Shown here: one piece after another, positions 27,324 to 37,583 of the stretch
Position numbering within the stretch: the first letter of the stretch is position 1
How the letters are laid out: each line of letters begins with the position of its first letter
Source: a virus
Direction: 5' to 3' (one strand)
DNA length: 64,000 nt
IMG/VR virus record: IMGVR_UViG_3300028388_003908
Coordinates: 64,001 to 128,000 of that record
Notes under the pieces: model-generated
What the model was told of the DNA's origin: nothing
What the model saw: the letters and a program-made list of their open reading frames with translations, nothing else
Database searches by the model: none
Position numbers and translations under genes: made by a program

Positions 27324-28055
27324 ATGAATTACTTACTTGTATTATCCGTGTTCACTCAATGTATGATCACGAACGTCCAGAAACTCTCGGGTTTGGAGAT
27401 CACGAAAAAAGGTCACGTTAAATGCAGACCAGCAAGCAAAAAACAGGTGACCAGACTCGTCAAGATGTGGGAGAAACACTCGTCTGAAAAAGACGTGCGT
27501 CTACTCTCTCTCGCTTGGATGGAGAGCCGTCTAAGACCTTACACTAAGCGCGGAGATCGCGGTAAAGCGTGTGGTGTCTTTCAGATACACGCCCGTCACT
27601 CTTATCCGCTTTTCAGACGTAAAGGAGGCTATAAGGATTGGGACGAGAAATCCTCTCGTAGAGAGATCGCGCTTGAGTGCGCCAAGCTAGAGCGTCTTGA
27701 ATACTCTATCGAGACCATGAATCGTCTGATCAAACTTCTTGATCAAAAAGACAAACACATCTGCCATCATAACAGCGGTATATATGCTAAATGTAATCCT
27801 TGGTATAAATATCGTCTTGATTATATCAACCAACAGCTAGAGCAGAGCAAAGCGCTCTGCGAAAAGGAACATGACATGGCTATGATAAGAACAGGCAACC
27901 CCGTATCTGTAGCACCTACCGAGAAGGTACAAGGCTATCTCGATTTCATGGCGGGCAAAGACCCCGCAAAGGATGACGAGGTTTATATGTCCGGGTATAA
28001 GCTGGCTGAGCAAGTCAAGAAAGGCGAGGCTGAGGCTCCCGTATGGGCAAAATAA
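27324..28055 (+). CDS. Lytic transglycosylase (SLT-like), endolysin candidate
   Basis: LAWMESRL, GKACGVFQI, HHNSG; hydrophobic N-terminus. Confidence 0.7.
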   Translation: MNYLLVLSVFTQCMITNVQKLSGLEITKKGHVKCRPASKKQVTRLVKMWEKHSSEKDVRLLSLAWMESRLRPYTKRGDRGKACGVFQIHARHSYPLFRRKGGYKDWDEKSSRREIALECAKLERLEYSIETMNRLIKLLDQKDKHICHHNSGIYAKCNPWYKYRLDYINQQLEQSKALCEKEHDMAMIRTGNPVSVAPTEKVQGYLDFMAGKDPAKDDEVYMSGYKLAEQVKKGEAEAPVWAK

Positions 28056-28729
28056 GCGATTGGCTTAAAGATCATCTAGAGACCTGTCATCTCTCTGAGG
28101 ATCATCAGCGCTTGCTTATGCGTAGAGGGGTTGACGAAGATTCGTCCGTTAGATTTCACACATGGAATCGAGCAACAACCCCCGCACCTTGTCCTGTGTT
28201 CGCTAAGAACTTTGGCGTGTACGGAGAGAAAGCTCAAGGTTTTCTGAGCTTCCCCATCACGTCACCTAAAGGCGAGGTCATAGGCTTAGAAGCTCGGAGA
28301 TCGCTCCCTGACGGGTCCAAGAAGGTCTACCAATACAGAACCCCTAGCGCGTCTTGGAACCCCTATATGATAGGCTCAGAGAAGGCTTTTCAATCGCTGT
28401 GGACCGGCTGCGATTTGTGGGTTGTAGAAGGGGTGTTTGATATGACCACTCTTGAGCGCGTTACCGCCCCTTGTGATGCGGTTGTCTCTACCCTCAGAGC
28501 AGGCATGGATCAAGTGACCATGAACATGATCTCGCGCTTTGCAGGTAAAGGTAGCACCATCTTTATCGCCTATGATAATGACGAGACCGGACGTAAAAAA
28601 GCTCAGTGGCTACACCGACAATTCAGCAACCTAGACGTGCGCTGTGTCGTGTGGAACTACAAAGGCAAGGACCCAAACGAAGTCTGGAAAGCAGGGGGTG
28701 ATCGCTTACTCAGACGTATGTTTCTTTAA
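28043..28729 (+). CDS. DNA primase catalytic/Toprim portion lacking Zn finger
   Basis: FPI...GEVIG..AR, WVVEGVFD, IAYDNDETG, KDPNE. Confidence 0.85.
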   Translation: MGKISDWLKDHLETCHLSEDHQRLLMRRGVDEDSSVRFHTWNRATTPAPCPVFAKNFGVYGEKAQGFLSFPITSPKGEVIGLEARRSLPDGSKKVYQYRTPSASWNPYMIGSEKAFQSLWTGCDLWVVEGVFDMTTLERVTAPCDAVVSTLRAGMDQVTMNMISRFAGKGSTIFIAYDNDETGRKKAQWLHRQFSNLDVRCVVWNYKGKDPNEVWKAGGDRLLRRMFL

Positions 28730-29856
28730 AGCTCTGATCTCATCATCTTATCTAGGCTAGGGGTCGTCTCTAGATCAATAACGAGATGCAGACGATCCGC
28801 GCCTCGATTGATCACGCTGTGAGGCTTGCGGGTGTCGAGATACCACAGCGTACCAGGCAACATCCTGTGAGATTCCTTGCCGTCCATGCCCCACACAAGA
28901 AACTCACAATCCTCGCTTACAAGGGGGATGTGAAATCTCGGTAGCTTCCCGAGCGCTACACCTGCGTCATCGTCAACAAGATCCGTATGCTGACCAATAA
29001 CCTTGTCGCGCTCTAATCGCATAATACGAACACGGTGTACGGGCGCATCTCCTGCAAATGAGGCGATCATCTCTCTCACCTCAGGGAACTGATCATATAG
29101 CTCCGTATCTCTTAGCTGAGCTTCAGCCATCTCTGGATGCTTCTCATGCCATTTATCGTTCATCTCAGAGGGCTTGGTAATGAACATCGGGTCGTCTGAA
29201 TATCCTCTAAGCGCGACAGCGCCCCAACCACCATCGTTGTAGTTTGAGTAGTGATTGGAAAAACCCATGTTACCGAGCTTGCTCACAAGAGAAGAAACAT
29301 CAAACGTGTAGCTCTTGAGTTGATACGCGGTAGCGCGCTCTAGAGGATCTGTGTAAAGACAGGTTTCAACGCTCTCTAGTACACCAAACATATCATCTGA
29401 AGGCGCTTCTGCCGTGTACTTAAAGACAAAAATGCAGTCGCCAAACGAGCTATATTTAGCCCCTACTCGGGACAGACCATCAATCTTACTCAGAAGAGTG
29501 CCCGCACCCTCAGAGCAGAAGATCCACACAGAGGAGCCCAAGCCTTTCACATACGATTCAAAGGCCTTCACGTCCTCAATAACCGGATAAAGGATCTCTA
29601 CGTCACCCTTACTCTTGATCGCTAACAGATGCTCCGGTCTTGATGAGTAGATCTTAATCGGAGTGTCTCTGCTAGACGTTCTCTGGATAAATCGGTAGTG
29701 GTCCTCGTGCACCAAATGACCGCTCTTGAGCGCGTCAGCTATCTTGTTCTTCTTGACCTCTAGAAAGGGAGAGATCATCTGCTCATTATGCGGTTTAAAA
29801 GTGCTCTCCAGCTCTTTTAGATAATCGAGTTCATAACCGTTTTGCCAAGGCTTCAT
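28726..29856 (-). CDS. 2OG-Fe(II) oxygenase (Asp/Asn beta-hydroxylase-like) with extra N-domain
   Basis: RVRIMRL, HTD, RFHIPL, WYLDTRKPHSVIN, RLHLVID. Confidence 0.8.
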   Translation of the reverse strand: MKPWQNGYELDYLKELESTFKPHNEQMISPFLEVKKNKIADALKSGHLVHEDHYRFIQRTSSRDTPIKIYSSRPEHLLAIKSKGDVEILYPVIEDVKAFESYVKGLGSSVWIFCSEGAGTLLSKIDGLSRVGAKYSSFGDCIFVFKYTAEAPSDDMFGVLESVETCLYTDPLERATAYQLKSYTFDVSSLVSKLGNMGFSNHYSNYNDGGWGAVALRGYSDDPMFITKPSEMNDKWHEKHPEMAEAQLRDTELYDQFPEVREMIASFAGDAPVHRVRIMRLERDKVIGQHTDLVDDDAGVALGKLPRFHIPLVSEDCEFLVWGMDGKESHRMLPGTLWYLDTRKPHSVINRGADRLHLVIDLETTPSLDKMMRSEL

Positions 29857-29888
29857 TCTGTACCCATTCTGAACAAATTGTGAAAGTC

Positions 29889-31712
29889 TTACTTCTTCAA
29901 GAATCCATAGGTATACACCCCATGCTCCAAGTTCTTAGCAAGCTGACGGTGCTTCACCTTCAGAGCTTCCCACTTCGACTTCAGCGTAGGGTCAGTAGCC
30001 CATAGCTTCTTATGCTGATAGACACCTGCGTCCCATGCTTGTAAGTGGAGATCAATAGACTTGCCCTTCTCCAACACAGAGGTTGTCTGTGAACGTAGAG
30101 AGAAGCTCTCCACATGGAGGGCTTTGAGGTCATCTAGGATTTCATTAGCTAATGGAGAGAGGTTAAGTGTGGGCAAGATGTGGGCGAAGTAGGGGTCACC
30201 GTCTTTACGCCATTGAGGGGTCAGGTCTTCACCGAGTACGCCTTCTTCCTTCTCATATGGGATAGGGTTTTTCTTAGCGTCTTGGTAGAGCTTCCTTGTA
30301 TCGGGATGGTTGCCGTAGAGGTCGAGAGCTTCTTGACGAGTGAGCCAGAAGAAGTGGTTATGGATATTATGGGACTTACCCTTGTACACGACATCACGCA
30401 TAGAGGTCATGTTGTTAGAGGTATGAAGCAAGGCGTAAATATGGCAATCGTCAAGCCATTGCTCATAGCCTTCTGCTTCAGTATTAGGGGCTAGGTATTC
30501 GTCTTTGTCATTAGCCCAATCCCCTGTGACGAGCTTACGCGCTGAGAATAACGCGATGGAGCGTCTCCACCCCTCTCCTGCTAGGACTGAGAGCCCGTTT
30601 GAGGCAGAGCCACAAGAAGAAGTAAAAAACACAACCTGATTTTGAGCGATGCAGTTCGCGTTAGAGGTGAAATAAAGCAGGGCTTGAGGTGTGAGGTTTC
30701 CTCTGCCTGTTTGACCCACATTAAGACCCGATTTCATCTGAGGGGCATCTGTAGTCTTAATCCCCTTAACAGGCTCTCTCACCCAATCAGAAGCCTTGCG
30801 CCCATCTGCGTTATATAAGTCCTTATGTCCGATAGAAGCCACCTCTCCCATATCGAGGTCTTTCAGAGTGATTGGGAGGTCTTGTGTAATCTCTGTCTTA
30901 CCTTCGTTCCATAGCGTAAAGGAGACGCCCCATGCTCCGCTCACATCTGCAAAGTGTGAGGCTTGAAACAGAAATCCTGACTCGTAAGAATAACGCTCAT
31001 ACCAAAAGGGGCGGAACTTGGCGAAAGACCCCGAAGTCATGAACAAGGTGGGTGAGAACACGCCCACAGACTTCTGCTTAAAGCCGTACTCCTGCGCTAC
31101 TTGCTCACATTGAAATAAGAACTGAGCATAAAGCTGTTGCGAGCAAGCCCCCATCTTCGCGTCCTTCATCGCGCTGTTCACAATCGTGGAAGAAACATTC
31201 GCTTTTGAGGAGGTGGTTTTGACTCCGTTTCGTGCTGTCGCATAAGGGGGGTTAATCAGAAATACTAAACGCTTCCCCTCCTTCGCCCCCTTCTTCAAGA
31301 GCTTCTTCACCGCCAAAGGCAATACGTTGTCCCCATCTTCCTCCTCAAAGAAAGGACTCTCAGCGTCAGGGTTTAAGAAATCATACTGAAAGACATGAGC
31401 ACCCTTGTTAGAACCCCCACGAATGATCGCCTTCACATCAGGTGACTCTGCCGTAGAAAGAATCAAGTTCTTAAAGTCATGCTCGTCACGAGTAAGGTTG
31501 CCCGTCCCCGCACAACAATCCCATACGATACACTCCTCGCGCCATTTCGCACCTAAGGATTTCTCAATCTCTCTGTGCGCCTCATCGACCCATAAACGTG
31601 GCGTATAAAAAGCACCTTGTCTACGTCTAGCACCATCTTCCATAAGGCGATCTCTCATAGAGAGAAGCACCTCAGCATCCTTTGCACTTAACCCTCTCAT
31701 AATTTCGTGCAT
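29889..31712 (-). CDS. DNA amino-methyltransferase (NPPY, gamma-type order)
   Basis: GAFYTP, VWDCCAGTGNL, INPPY. Confidence 0.85.
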   Translation of the reverse strand: MHEIMRGLSAKDAEVLLSMRDRLMEDGARRRQGAFYTPRLWVDEAHREIEKSLGAKWREECIVWDCCAGTGNLTRDEHDFKNLILSTAESPDVKAIIRGGSNKGAHVFQYDFLNPDAESPFFEEEDGDNVLPLAVKKLLKKGAKEGKRLVFLINPPYATARNGVKTTSSKANVSSTIVNSAMKDAKMGACSQQLYAQFLFQCEQVAQEYGFKQKSVGVFSPTLFMTSGSFAKFRPFWYERYSYESGFLFQASHFADVSGAWGVSFTLWNEGKTEITQDLPITLKDLDMGEVASIGHKDLYNADGRKASDWVREPVKGIKTTDAPQMKSGLNVGQTGRGNLTPQALLYFTSNANCIAQNQVVFFTSSCGSASNGLSVLAGEGWRRSIALFSARKLVTGDWANDKDEYLAPNTEAEGYEQWLDDCHIYALLHTSNNMTSMRDVVYKGKSHNIHNHFFWLTRQEALDLYGNHPDTRKLYQDAKKNPIPYEKEEGVLGEDLTPQWRKDGDPYFAHILPTLNLSPLANEILDDLKALHVESFSLRSQTTSVLEKGKSIDLHLQAWDAGVYQHKKLWATDPTLKSKWEALKVKHRQLAKNLEHGVYTYGFLKK

Positions 31713-31768
31713 AAATCATAACCTGTCTAAGTTATTTCCGACAGATTATTATACTCAACAGGCTATGT

Positions 31769-32962
31769 CTAAAAACCGAAAAATCCAGTGTCAGACCAAA
31801 CAGGAGGACGAGCATCGCCTTTAGACCATATAAAGATCGGCTCGCCTAGCTCAGTACCTTCCTTAATGAAAGGATCGTTAGGTCGCTTCTTGAGTTTATA
31901 ACCTATCACGCCTTCATAAATAGCGCCCAAGCTCTCCATATATTCGATCATAGGCTGACAGACTATCTTATATTCATCTTTGCCCGCTTTAACATCCGAG
32001 ATGTTGATCGCTATGCGTCCACCTTCCTCTAAATGACACCAAGCGTTCTTGAGCGCTCTGAAAAGGAAATCTTTTAGCCAACTCTCGTCCGTTGCATAGC
32101 GCTTCCAACTCTGTGTGCTCTCGTCTGAATAACGCTCTCGATCAAAATAAGGCGGTGACGTGAAAACAAAATCAAAGCGCCTATCCCCTAGATCTACATC
32201 CTCAGCGCACCCGCAGATAAACTCTGTCTGCTTAGGTCTGTTGCAGTAGTCTCTAATCCCCTCGTAAAAGGGGTGTAGAGCGCTGTTAGGGTCGATACCT
32301 ACATAAGACGTTGCCTCTGACGCTAAGAACCCTACAAGACGATCTCCCCACCCCATAGAGAGATCAAGCACCGAGCGAGCTTGAAAAGCCCGATAGACGG
32401 CCTTGACCACGGAAGGTTTGAATTGACTCGCCATGTACGAGTGCAATCTTAATCCGTCATATAAAACCCGATTATTAACCTGACCTCTAATGATACCTTC
32501 TAACGTAAAGAGAGGTCTCAAGATCGGTCTCTTTTCGCCCTTGCGATTCCACTGAGCATACGGAGACATTCCGCCCGAGAAGGCACATTTCATCCTCTGC
32601 TCTTGCGTGAAATGATCAGACACCTTCAACCCATAGTTAGAGCCTCTGATAAGACGATACTCTCCTAGATAGGTGAAATCTTTAATGCTCGGGACGCGCT
32701 TCGCTTCCCATCTCTCCTCTTTAAAGTTCTCCTCCTCGGTTAAGAGACGTTGCCAATCCCTGCGTAGCTGTACCTCGCTATAGTCTCGATATGGGAACTC
32801 TAGATTGTCGATCAGATTTGAGACGTGTCGATGAAGCGCGTCTCTACCGAATCGCTCCAGCATCTCTAACCACACAGATTCTGGAAAATCCAGCTTTCCG
32901 TTTTTGACAAGCTCGTACTCCTCTAAGGATTTCTTGCCGTCTTGTTTTGTCTCAAAAATCAA
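31769..32962 (-). CDS. DNA methyltransferase (TSPPY), paralog 3 (start TTG 32962 inferred)
   Basis: ASQFKP, VLDLSMGWGDRL, YVGIDPN, FTSPPYF. Confidence 0.85.
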   Translation of the reverse strand: MIFETKQDGKKSLEEYELVKNGKLDFPESVWLEMLERFGRDALHRHVSNLIDNLEFPYRDYSEVQLRRDWQRLLTEEENFKEERWEAKRVPSIKDFTYLGEYRLIRGSNYGLKVSDHFTQEQRMKCAFSGGMSPYAQWNRKGEKRPILRPLFTLEGIIRGQVNNRVLYDGLRLHSYMASQFKPSVVKAVYRAFQARSVLDLSMGWGDRLVGFLASEATSYVGIDPNSALHPFYEGIRDYCNRPKQTEFICGCAEDVDLGDRRFDFVFTSPPYFDRERYSDESTQSWKRYATDESWLKDFLFRALKNAWCHLEEGGRIAINISDVKAGKDEYKIVCQPMIEYMESLGAIYEGVIGYKLKKRPNDPFIKEGTELGEPIFIWSKGDARPPVWSDTGFFGF

Positions 32963-34163
32963 AGAAGGTCTCCCTATCCCAAAGGGGCTCGGGCGCGTTG
33001 CCTTTTGCCCATATAAAGACAGGCTCCGCCTGAGTACCATCCTTGAGAAGATTCTTTAATCTACTACCTGCTCTAGGTCTGACCTTTAACGGATAACCTA
33101 TTACGCCTTCGTAGTTCGCCCCTAATCCTTTCATAAACGCTAAGAGATCTTCGCATACAAATACCTTTTTATAAGGTGCGTCACAGATATTAACCGCTAT
33201 ACGACCTCCCTCTTGTAAGCCCCTGTAAATCTTGCCCAAAACATCAAACAAGAAATCTTCCTTCCAAGAAGATAGCGTGGGAAACAGATTGACCGATTGT
33301 AAAGGATCATCCGCATATATCTCTAGGTCAAAGTAGGGCGGTGATGTAAAAACAAAATCGTAGGAGAGCGAGCTAAAATCCACATTACTAGCTGAATCGC
33401 ATATATGCTTTACGGTCTTGCCTGTATTACAAAAATCAGAAATATCTCTGTAAGGCTCAAGTAGACGATGATTAGGGTCAATACCCGTATAAGAGCGCGC
33501 ATTAGATGCGTGAAAGCCTACAAGACGGTCTCCCCAACCCGAGCTAAAATCCAATACGTCCTTTGCGCGGAAAAACTCATAAACTGAACGAGCCAAAGAA
33601 GGACTAAACTGACTGGCGATTATGCCGTGCATTCTCATAGATGATCGCAGGGTGTTTGCACTTAAATTCTTCTCATACATCAAGCCTATAAAAAAATTGA
33701 GAGTCTCTGGTTCAAATCGACCTTTCAATAGACCTTCCCATCTATCAACCACCGAGATCCCTCTTGTCCTTGCTTTAAGTCTCTCACCCATGGTATATTG
33801 ATCGCTAACGATTTTACCTAAAGCATCTCCTACAAGTAGCACACCTTCATCTTGATATGTTAGGGGCATAGTCACAGGTAAGGACCGGTGCGACCAAGCA
33901 CCCTTGTAAGCAAAACTGCTGTACGATTTTAGCAGGTTGAACTCCTTATGAGTCCTTATTGCAGAGTGATTTTTATAAGGGAAAGGTATCTGATGCTCTT
34001 TTACGATACCTCCTATGTGTCGGATAATATCTTTTCTGTCAAAGCGCTCGATAACCTCTGACCATTCGGTCTCATTCATAAAAAATTCTTTACCGTCTGG
34101 ACTCAGCCAATTGTAGTCCGATAACGCTGTTCGCTCGGTCTTATCTTCTAGATCAAAAAACAT
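32952..34163 (-). CDS. DNA methyltransferase (TSPPY), paralog 2 (start 34163 inferred)
   Basis: ASQFSP, VLDFSSGWGDRL, YTGIDPN, FTSPPYF. Confidence 0.85.
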   Translation of the reverse strand: MFFDLEDKTERTALSDYNWLSPDGKEFFMNETEWSEVIERFDRKDIIRHIGGIVKEHQIPFPYKNHSAIRTHKEFNLLKSYSSFAYKGAWSHRSLPVTMPLTYQDEGVLLVGDALGKIVSDQYTMGERLKARTRGISVVDRWEGLLKGRFEPETLNFFIGLMYEKNLSANTLRSSMRMHGIIASQFSPSLARSVYEFFRAKDVLDFSSGWGDRLVGFHASNARSYTGIDPNHRLLEPYRDISDFCNTGKTVKHICDSASNVDFSSLSYDFVFTSPPYFDLEIYADDPLQSVNLFPTLSSWKEDFLFDVLGKIYRGLQEGGRIAVNICDAPYKKVFVCEDLLAFMKGLGANYEGVIGYPLKVRPRAGSRLKNLLKDGTQAEPVFIWAKGNAPEPLWDRETFFDF

Positions 34164-35355
34164 CGAAAAAAGTCTCCTTATTCCAAAGAGGCTCGGGCGC
34201 GTTACCTTTTGACCATATAAAGACAGGCTCACAGAAGATGTAATCCGAATCGTGCTTCCCCTCTGCGTCAGGTCGCTTGTTCATCTTATACCCTAAGACA
34301 CCCTCATAGGTAGCACCTAAACTCTCCATGTGAGAGAACATCGGGGAGCATATATCCACGCCCTTCTTGTCTGCGATATTAACCGCAATACGACCGCCTT
34401 CTTTGAGTGCGCCCCATACGTTGGTTAATGTCGGCTTCAAAAAACCTTCTGTCCAAGCGTCTGAGGACTTGTATCTCTGCCAGCTCTGAGTGCTCTCTGT
34501 CGAGTATTTTTCGATATTAAAGTAAGGCGGTGACGTGAAGATAAAATCTACCTCAACACCGGACAGATCTGTATCTTCGGCAGGGGAACAAAACAGCTTT
34601 ACAGGCTTGCCCGTATCGCAATATCGCGTGATCGCTTGATAGTGAGGGTGCATCTTTGAGTTAGGGTCAATACCCGTATAAGAACGAGCGCTTGATGCGT
34701 GAAAACCTACAAGACGATCACCCCAACCCGAGCTAAAATCCAATACGTCCTTTGCGCGGAAAAACTCGTAGAACGCTTTAGCGACAGCAGGCTTAAATTG
34801 GCTCGCCAAGTAGGTGTGCATCTTGAGAGAATCAAAAAGTGATTTCTGATAAAGCCCCTTCTTACGGACAATCTCGTCCATAAGACCAAAGCTACAGCGC
34901 AGGAAGGTGCTCCCCTTGTCGGGCGCGTTATGCCATTCATCCCAAGGAGAATCTCCGTGTGCGGATCCGCATTTGACGCGCTCGGATTGAGCAAATTGAT
35001 CTGACACCTTCATGCCATGTAGAGAGCCAGGGAAATAGATCTGTCTACCGAGATACTTGTACTCAAAATCCACGACCTGCTTTGGGGCGTGCCAAGGCGC
35101 TTCGATATACTCGGAGTAAAAGCCGTTCCGAACAACATTCCAATCTTTGCGGACAGCTTCTGCGTCAAGGTGACGTAAAGGAAAACGAGGTTGATGTAAT
35201 CTCATCTGCTCCTTGAGATAATCAATAATCTCCTTCTTCTCAAAGCGATCTCTCATCTCATTCCATTGAGCGGGCTTAATCAAAAGCTCACCGTTGTGAA
35301 TGACCTGATATCCTTCAATCGTCTTAGGCTTTGGCTTCTCGTATTCAAAAAACAT
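34153..35355 (-). CDS. DNA methyltransferase (TSPPY), paralog 1
   Basis: ASQFKP, VLDFSSGWGDRL, YTGIDPN, FTSPPYF. Confidence 0.85.
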   Translation of the reverse strand: MFFEYEKPKPKTIEGYQVIHNGELLIKPAQWNEMRDRFEKKEIIDYLKEQMRLHQPRFPLRHLDAEAVRKDWNVVRNGFYSEYIEAPWHAPKQVVDFEYKYLGRQIYFPGSLHGMKVSDQFAQSERVKCGSAHGDSPWDEWHNAPDKGSTFLRCSFGLMDEIVRKKGLYQKSLFDSLKMHTYLASQFKPAVAKAFYEFFRAKDVLDFSSGWGDRLVGFHASSARSYTGIDPNSKMHPHYQAITRYCDTGKPVKLFCSPAEDTDLSGVEVDFIFTSPPYFNIEKYSTESTQSWQRYKSSDAWTEGFLKPTLTNVWGALKEGGRIAVNIADKKGVDICSPMFSHMESLGATYEGVLGYKMNKRPDAEGKHDSDYIFCEPVFIWSKGNAPEPLWNKETFFDVF

Positions 35356-35397
35356 ACACGTCCTTACGCGGGTTTGGGTTGTCTCTCTTAGATTATC

Positions 35398-36906
35398 TCA
35401 AGCGTCATTTAGCGCGTCATCTAGAGGATCTTTAGGTCCGGCTGCACCACCGAGATTAAAGCTCTGAACCATGTTCAAGATTCTACCGGACGGCCAGACC
35501 GTCTGCGCTTCAAAAGGATCAAAAGGAGCTTGATCGCGTGACTTCAAGCACTGATATTTAATCGTGCCTTTCTCTCTCATGTCGTCACCATACCAAGAAG
35601 CGATCACAACGTCTGCGGAGCGCTCTGCCTCGTTAGCGTAAGAAAGGTGAGTAAGATTGTAGTTACCGTTGTTCTTCTCGGCAGCCTTAAAGCCTTCACG
35701 GTTAATCTGAAAGAGACATAAGATAGGAATCCCCGCCCCTCGATTAAACCCGAGCGCTGTCTTTTTCAGATCTCGGATAACCTCGTTGAGCTTGTCTGTG
35801 GTAGATGTGGTTTTCATGCGCGATGACATGAGGAGCGCGTGATCGACCACAAGCGTCTTAAACGGATCCTTCTGCATGACCAACTCTGCCTTAGTGCGTA
35901 AATCCTCTACGGTGAAATCAAGAGAATCAGGATCGGCAACCTCAAAATGAATCTTACCATAGACCCCCTCACGAACGCCTTCCTTGAGATCTTTGACCAC
36001 CTCTTTCAGGAACATCTCCTCGTCATCATTTAGAGAGCCAGAGCGTATGCGCTGAGGATCAAGACCAATGTCGGGAGACTTAGCACCATGTATCCCGAGC
36101 GCGATTCTTAGCTCACGGAATTTAGGGTGCATAGTATGAAAGGATATGATCGCTCTACGACATTGGGAATAGTGCATCTCAAGGCTGAAATATAAGCACG
36201 AATGACCGCCAAAGACCGCCTGATTATAAACCCAATTAAGAGCGGTGCGTGACTTCATGTGTCCCGTAAAGCCGGCGATGATGTAGAGCTCTTTACGTCT
36301 AAAACCTTCAAGCGCGTTGTCAATGATCTCAAGACCGGTATTGGGCAAAATCTCTATGGTACGATCCTTTGCCTTCTGATACTCCTCAAAGAAATCCTCG
36401 TCATCGGTCATCGCCTCACCGCCGATGCGCGTACCGAACGTAGGGGTCATAATGTTAGCAATCTTATTGCTCAGATGACGCCCTGCATCTCTCACCCCTC
36501 TTAGTTTGATCTTTTGACGACCGTCCTTGATCTCTAACCCCTGCTTAATGATGGTCTTAGCATCATTCATGGCGTTAGAGATTTGAAGTATGCGAGCTTC
36601 CTCTACCTCGCGCTCGATCTCAGAGATGAAATCCCCACGATAAAGCACTGATTTAAGGGCTCCGACCTGCTTTACGCGGTCTGCTTCATCATAATAGTTA
36701 TTGCCCTCAAAATAGCTGGATAACGTGCTCTGTGTAGGGAGGTGACCGTGAGACAAGGTGAAATCGCAGATGTACTCATAAATCTGCTGATCCTCCTTCA
36801 TGTCAAAACGGTAAATGCTCTCGCGTAGCGCGTTGAAATTACGGAACATCTGATCCGCGTCATCGCCCACTCTAGGCTCGGGTAAAATGGATCTCAAAAT
36901 CTTCAT
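35398..36906 (-). CDS. dnaB: DnaB-like replicative helicase
   Basis: AGFTGHMKS, YFSLEM, LVVDH, FQINR, ERSADVVI, KSRD. Confidence 0.85.
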   Translation of the reverse strand: MKILRSILPEPRVGDDADQMFRNFNALRESIYRFDMKEDQQIYEYICDFTLSHGHLPTQSTLSSYFEGNNYYDEADRVKQVGALKSVLYRGDFISEIEREVEEARILQISNAMNDAKTIIKQGLEIKDGRQKIKLRGVRDAGRHLSNKIANIMTPTFGTRIGGEAMTDDEDFFEEYQKAKDRTIEILPNTGLEIIDNALEGFRRKELYIIAGFTGHMKSRTALNWVYNQAVFGGHSCLYFSLEMHYSQCRRAIISFHTMHPKFRELRIALGIHGAKSPDIGLDPQRIRSGSLNDDEEMFLKEVVKDLKEGVREGVYGKIHFEVADPDSLDFTVEDLRTKAELVMQKDPFKTLVVDHALLMSSRMKTTSTTDKLNEVIRDLKKTALGFNRGAGIPILCLFQINREGFKAAEKNNGNYNLTHLSYANEAERSADVVIASWYGDDMREKGTIKYQCLKSRDQAPFDPFEAQTVWPSGRILNMVQSFNLGGAAGPKDPLDDALNDA

Positions 36907-37583
36907 AGGTTAAACCTCTTCTTGCCGGTAGCGCCTTCATCGGACTTGCTCTGCTTATTATATCCCTTAACGAGAGGCACCGTCTCCCATCTACTTATGC
37001 TGTCCTCTAAAGAGCGCGACCAACACAGATGCCCTTCCTCTAAAGGTCGATCTGGCTCGGTTACAATCCACATAGGCTTAGAGCAGTGGTCTCTTAGTGA
37101 GATCGCCTCGGTTAACACCTCAGGCATAGCTGAGTTACGAGCGCCCTTAACCCCTAAGCGCACAATCAAGAGTGAGGGGGACTCTACCAAATCCTCTAAT
37201 GAGGAGGCTCTTACATCACGGATAAAATCCGGATCGTAAATCTCCCGATTAGAGCTTGAGAGATTATTGAGCCATGCGCTCATAAGCGTAGCGTCTGATA
37301 CGACCTTTACAAAGCGCATAGGCTTACGCTCATGCCACATCACCGTGCGTACATGAGACGCTAGGTTTTCCTTCTCCCCCACCAAGACGATGTTCTTATA
37401 GAGATACTTGGTGAGTGGCGTTCTTTTCCTGACCTTAATATCACTCAAACCTGTCCAAGCTCGCTCGGCCTGAGCGTTAAGATCCTTCTCTACTCGACAC
37501 TCACAAGGCACCGCTTGTGGTATCCCTAACGGGCCTCCATCTCGTTGGACAAACCCGTAATCCCCGCAGATTTCACACACCAT
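36903..37583 (-). CDS. DnaC/IstB-like helicase loader, Walker motifs degenerate
   Basis: CEIC...PCEC zinc motif; LLIVRLG at the LLIIDDLG position; adjacent to helicase. Confidence 0.5.
   Translation of the reverse strand: MVCEICGDYGFVQRDGGPLGIPQAVPCECRVEKDLNAQAERAWTGLSDIKVRKRTPLTKYLYKNIVLVGEKENLASHVRTVMWHERKPMRFVKVVSDATLMSAWLNNLSSSNREIYDPDFIRDVRASSLEDLVESPSLLIVRLGVKGARNSAMPEVLTEAISLRDHCSKPMWIVTEPDRPLEEGHLCWSRSLEDSISRWETVPLVKGYNKQSKSDEGATGKKRFNL

Noticed and set aside
32963-34232. Long N-terminal extensions of MTase ORFs given in the ORF track
   Set aside because: They are alternative-frame reads of the upstream paralog's conserved 3' end; starts at 34163 and about 32962 fit better
29889-35355. 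Complete restriction-modification system
   Set aside because: No restriction endonuclease or specificity subunit is recognisable next to the methylases
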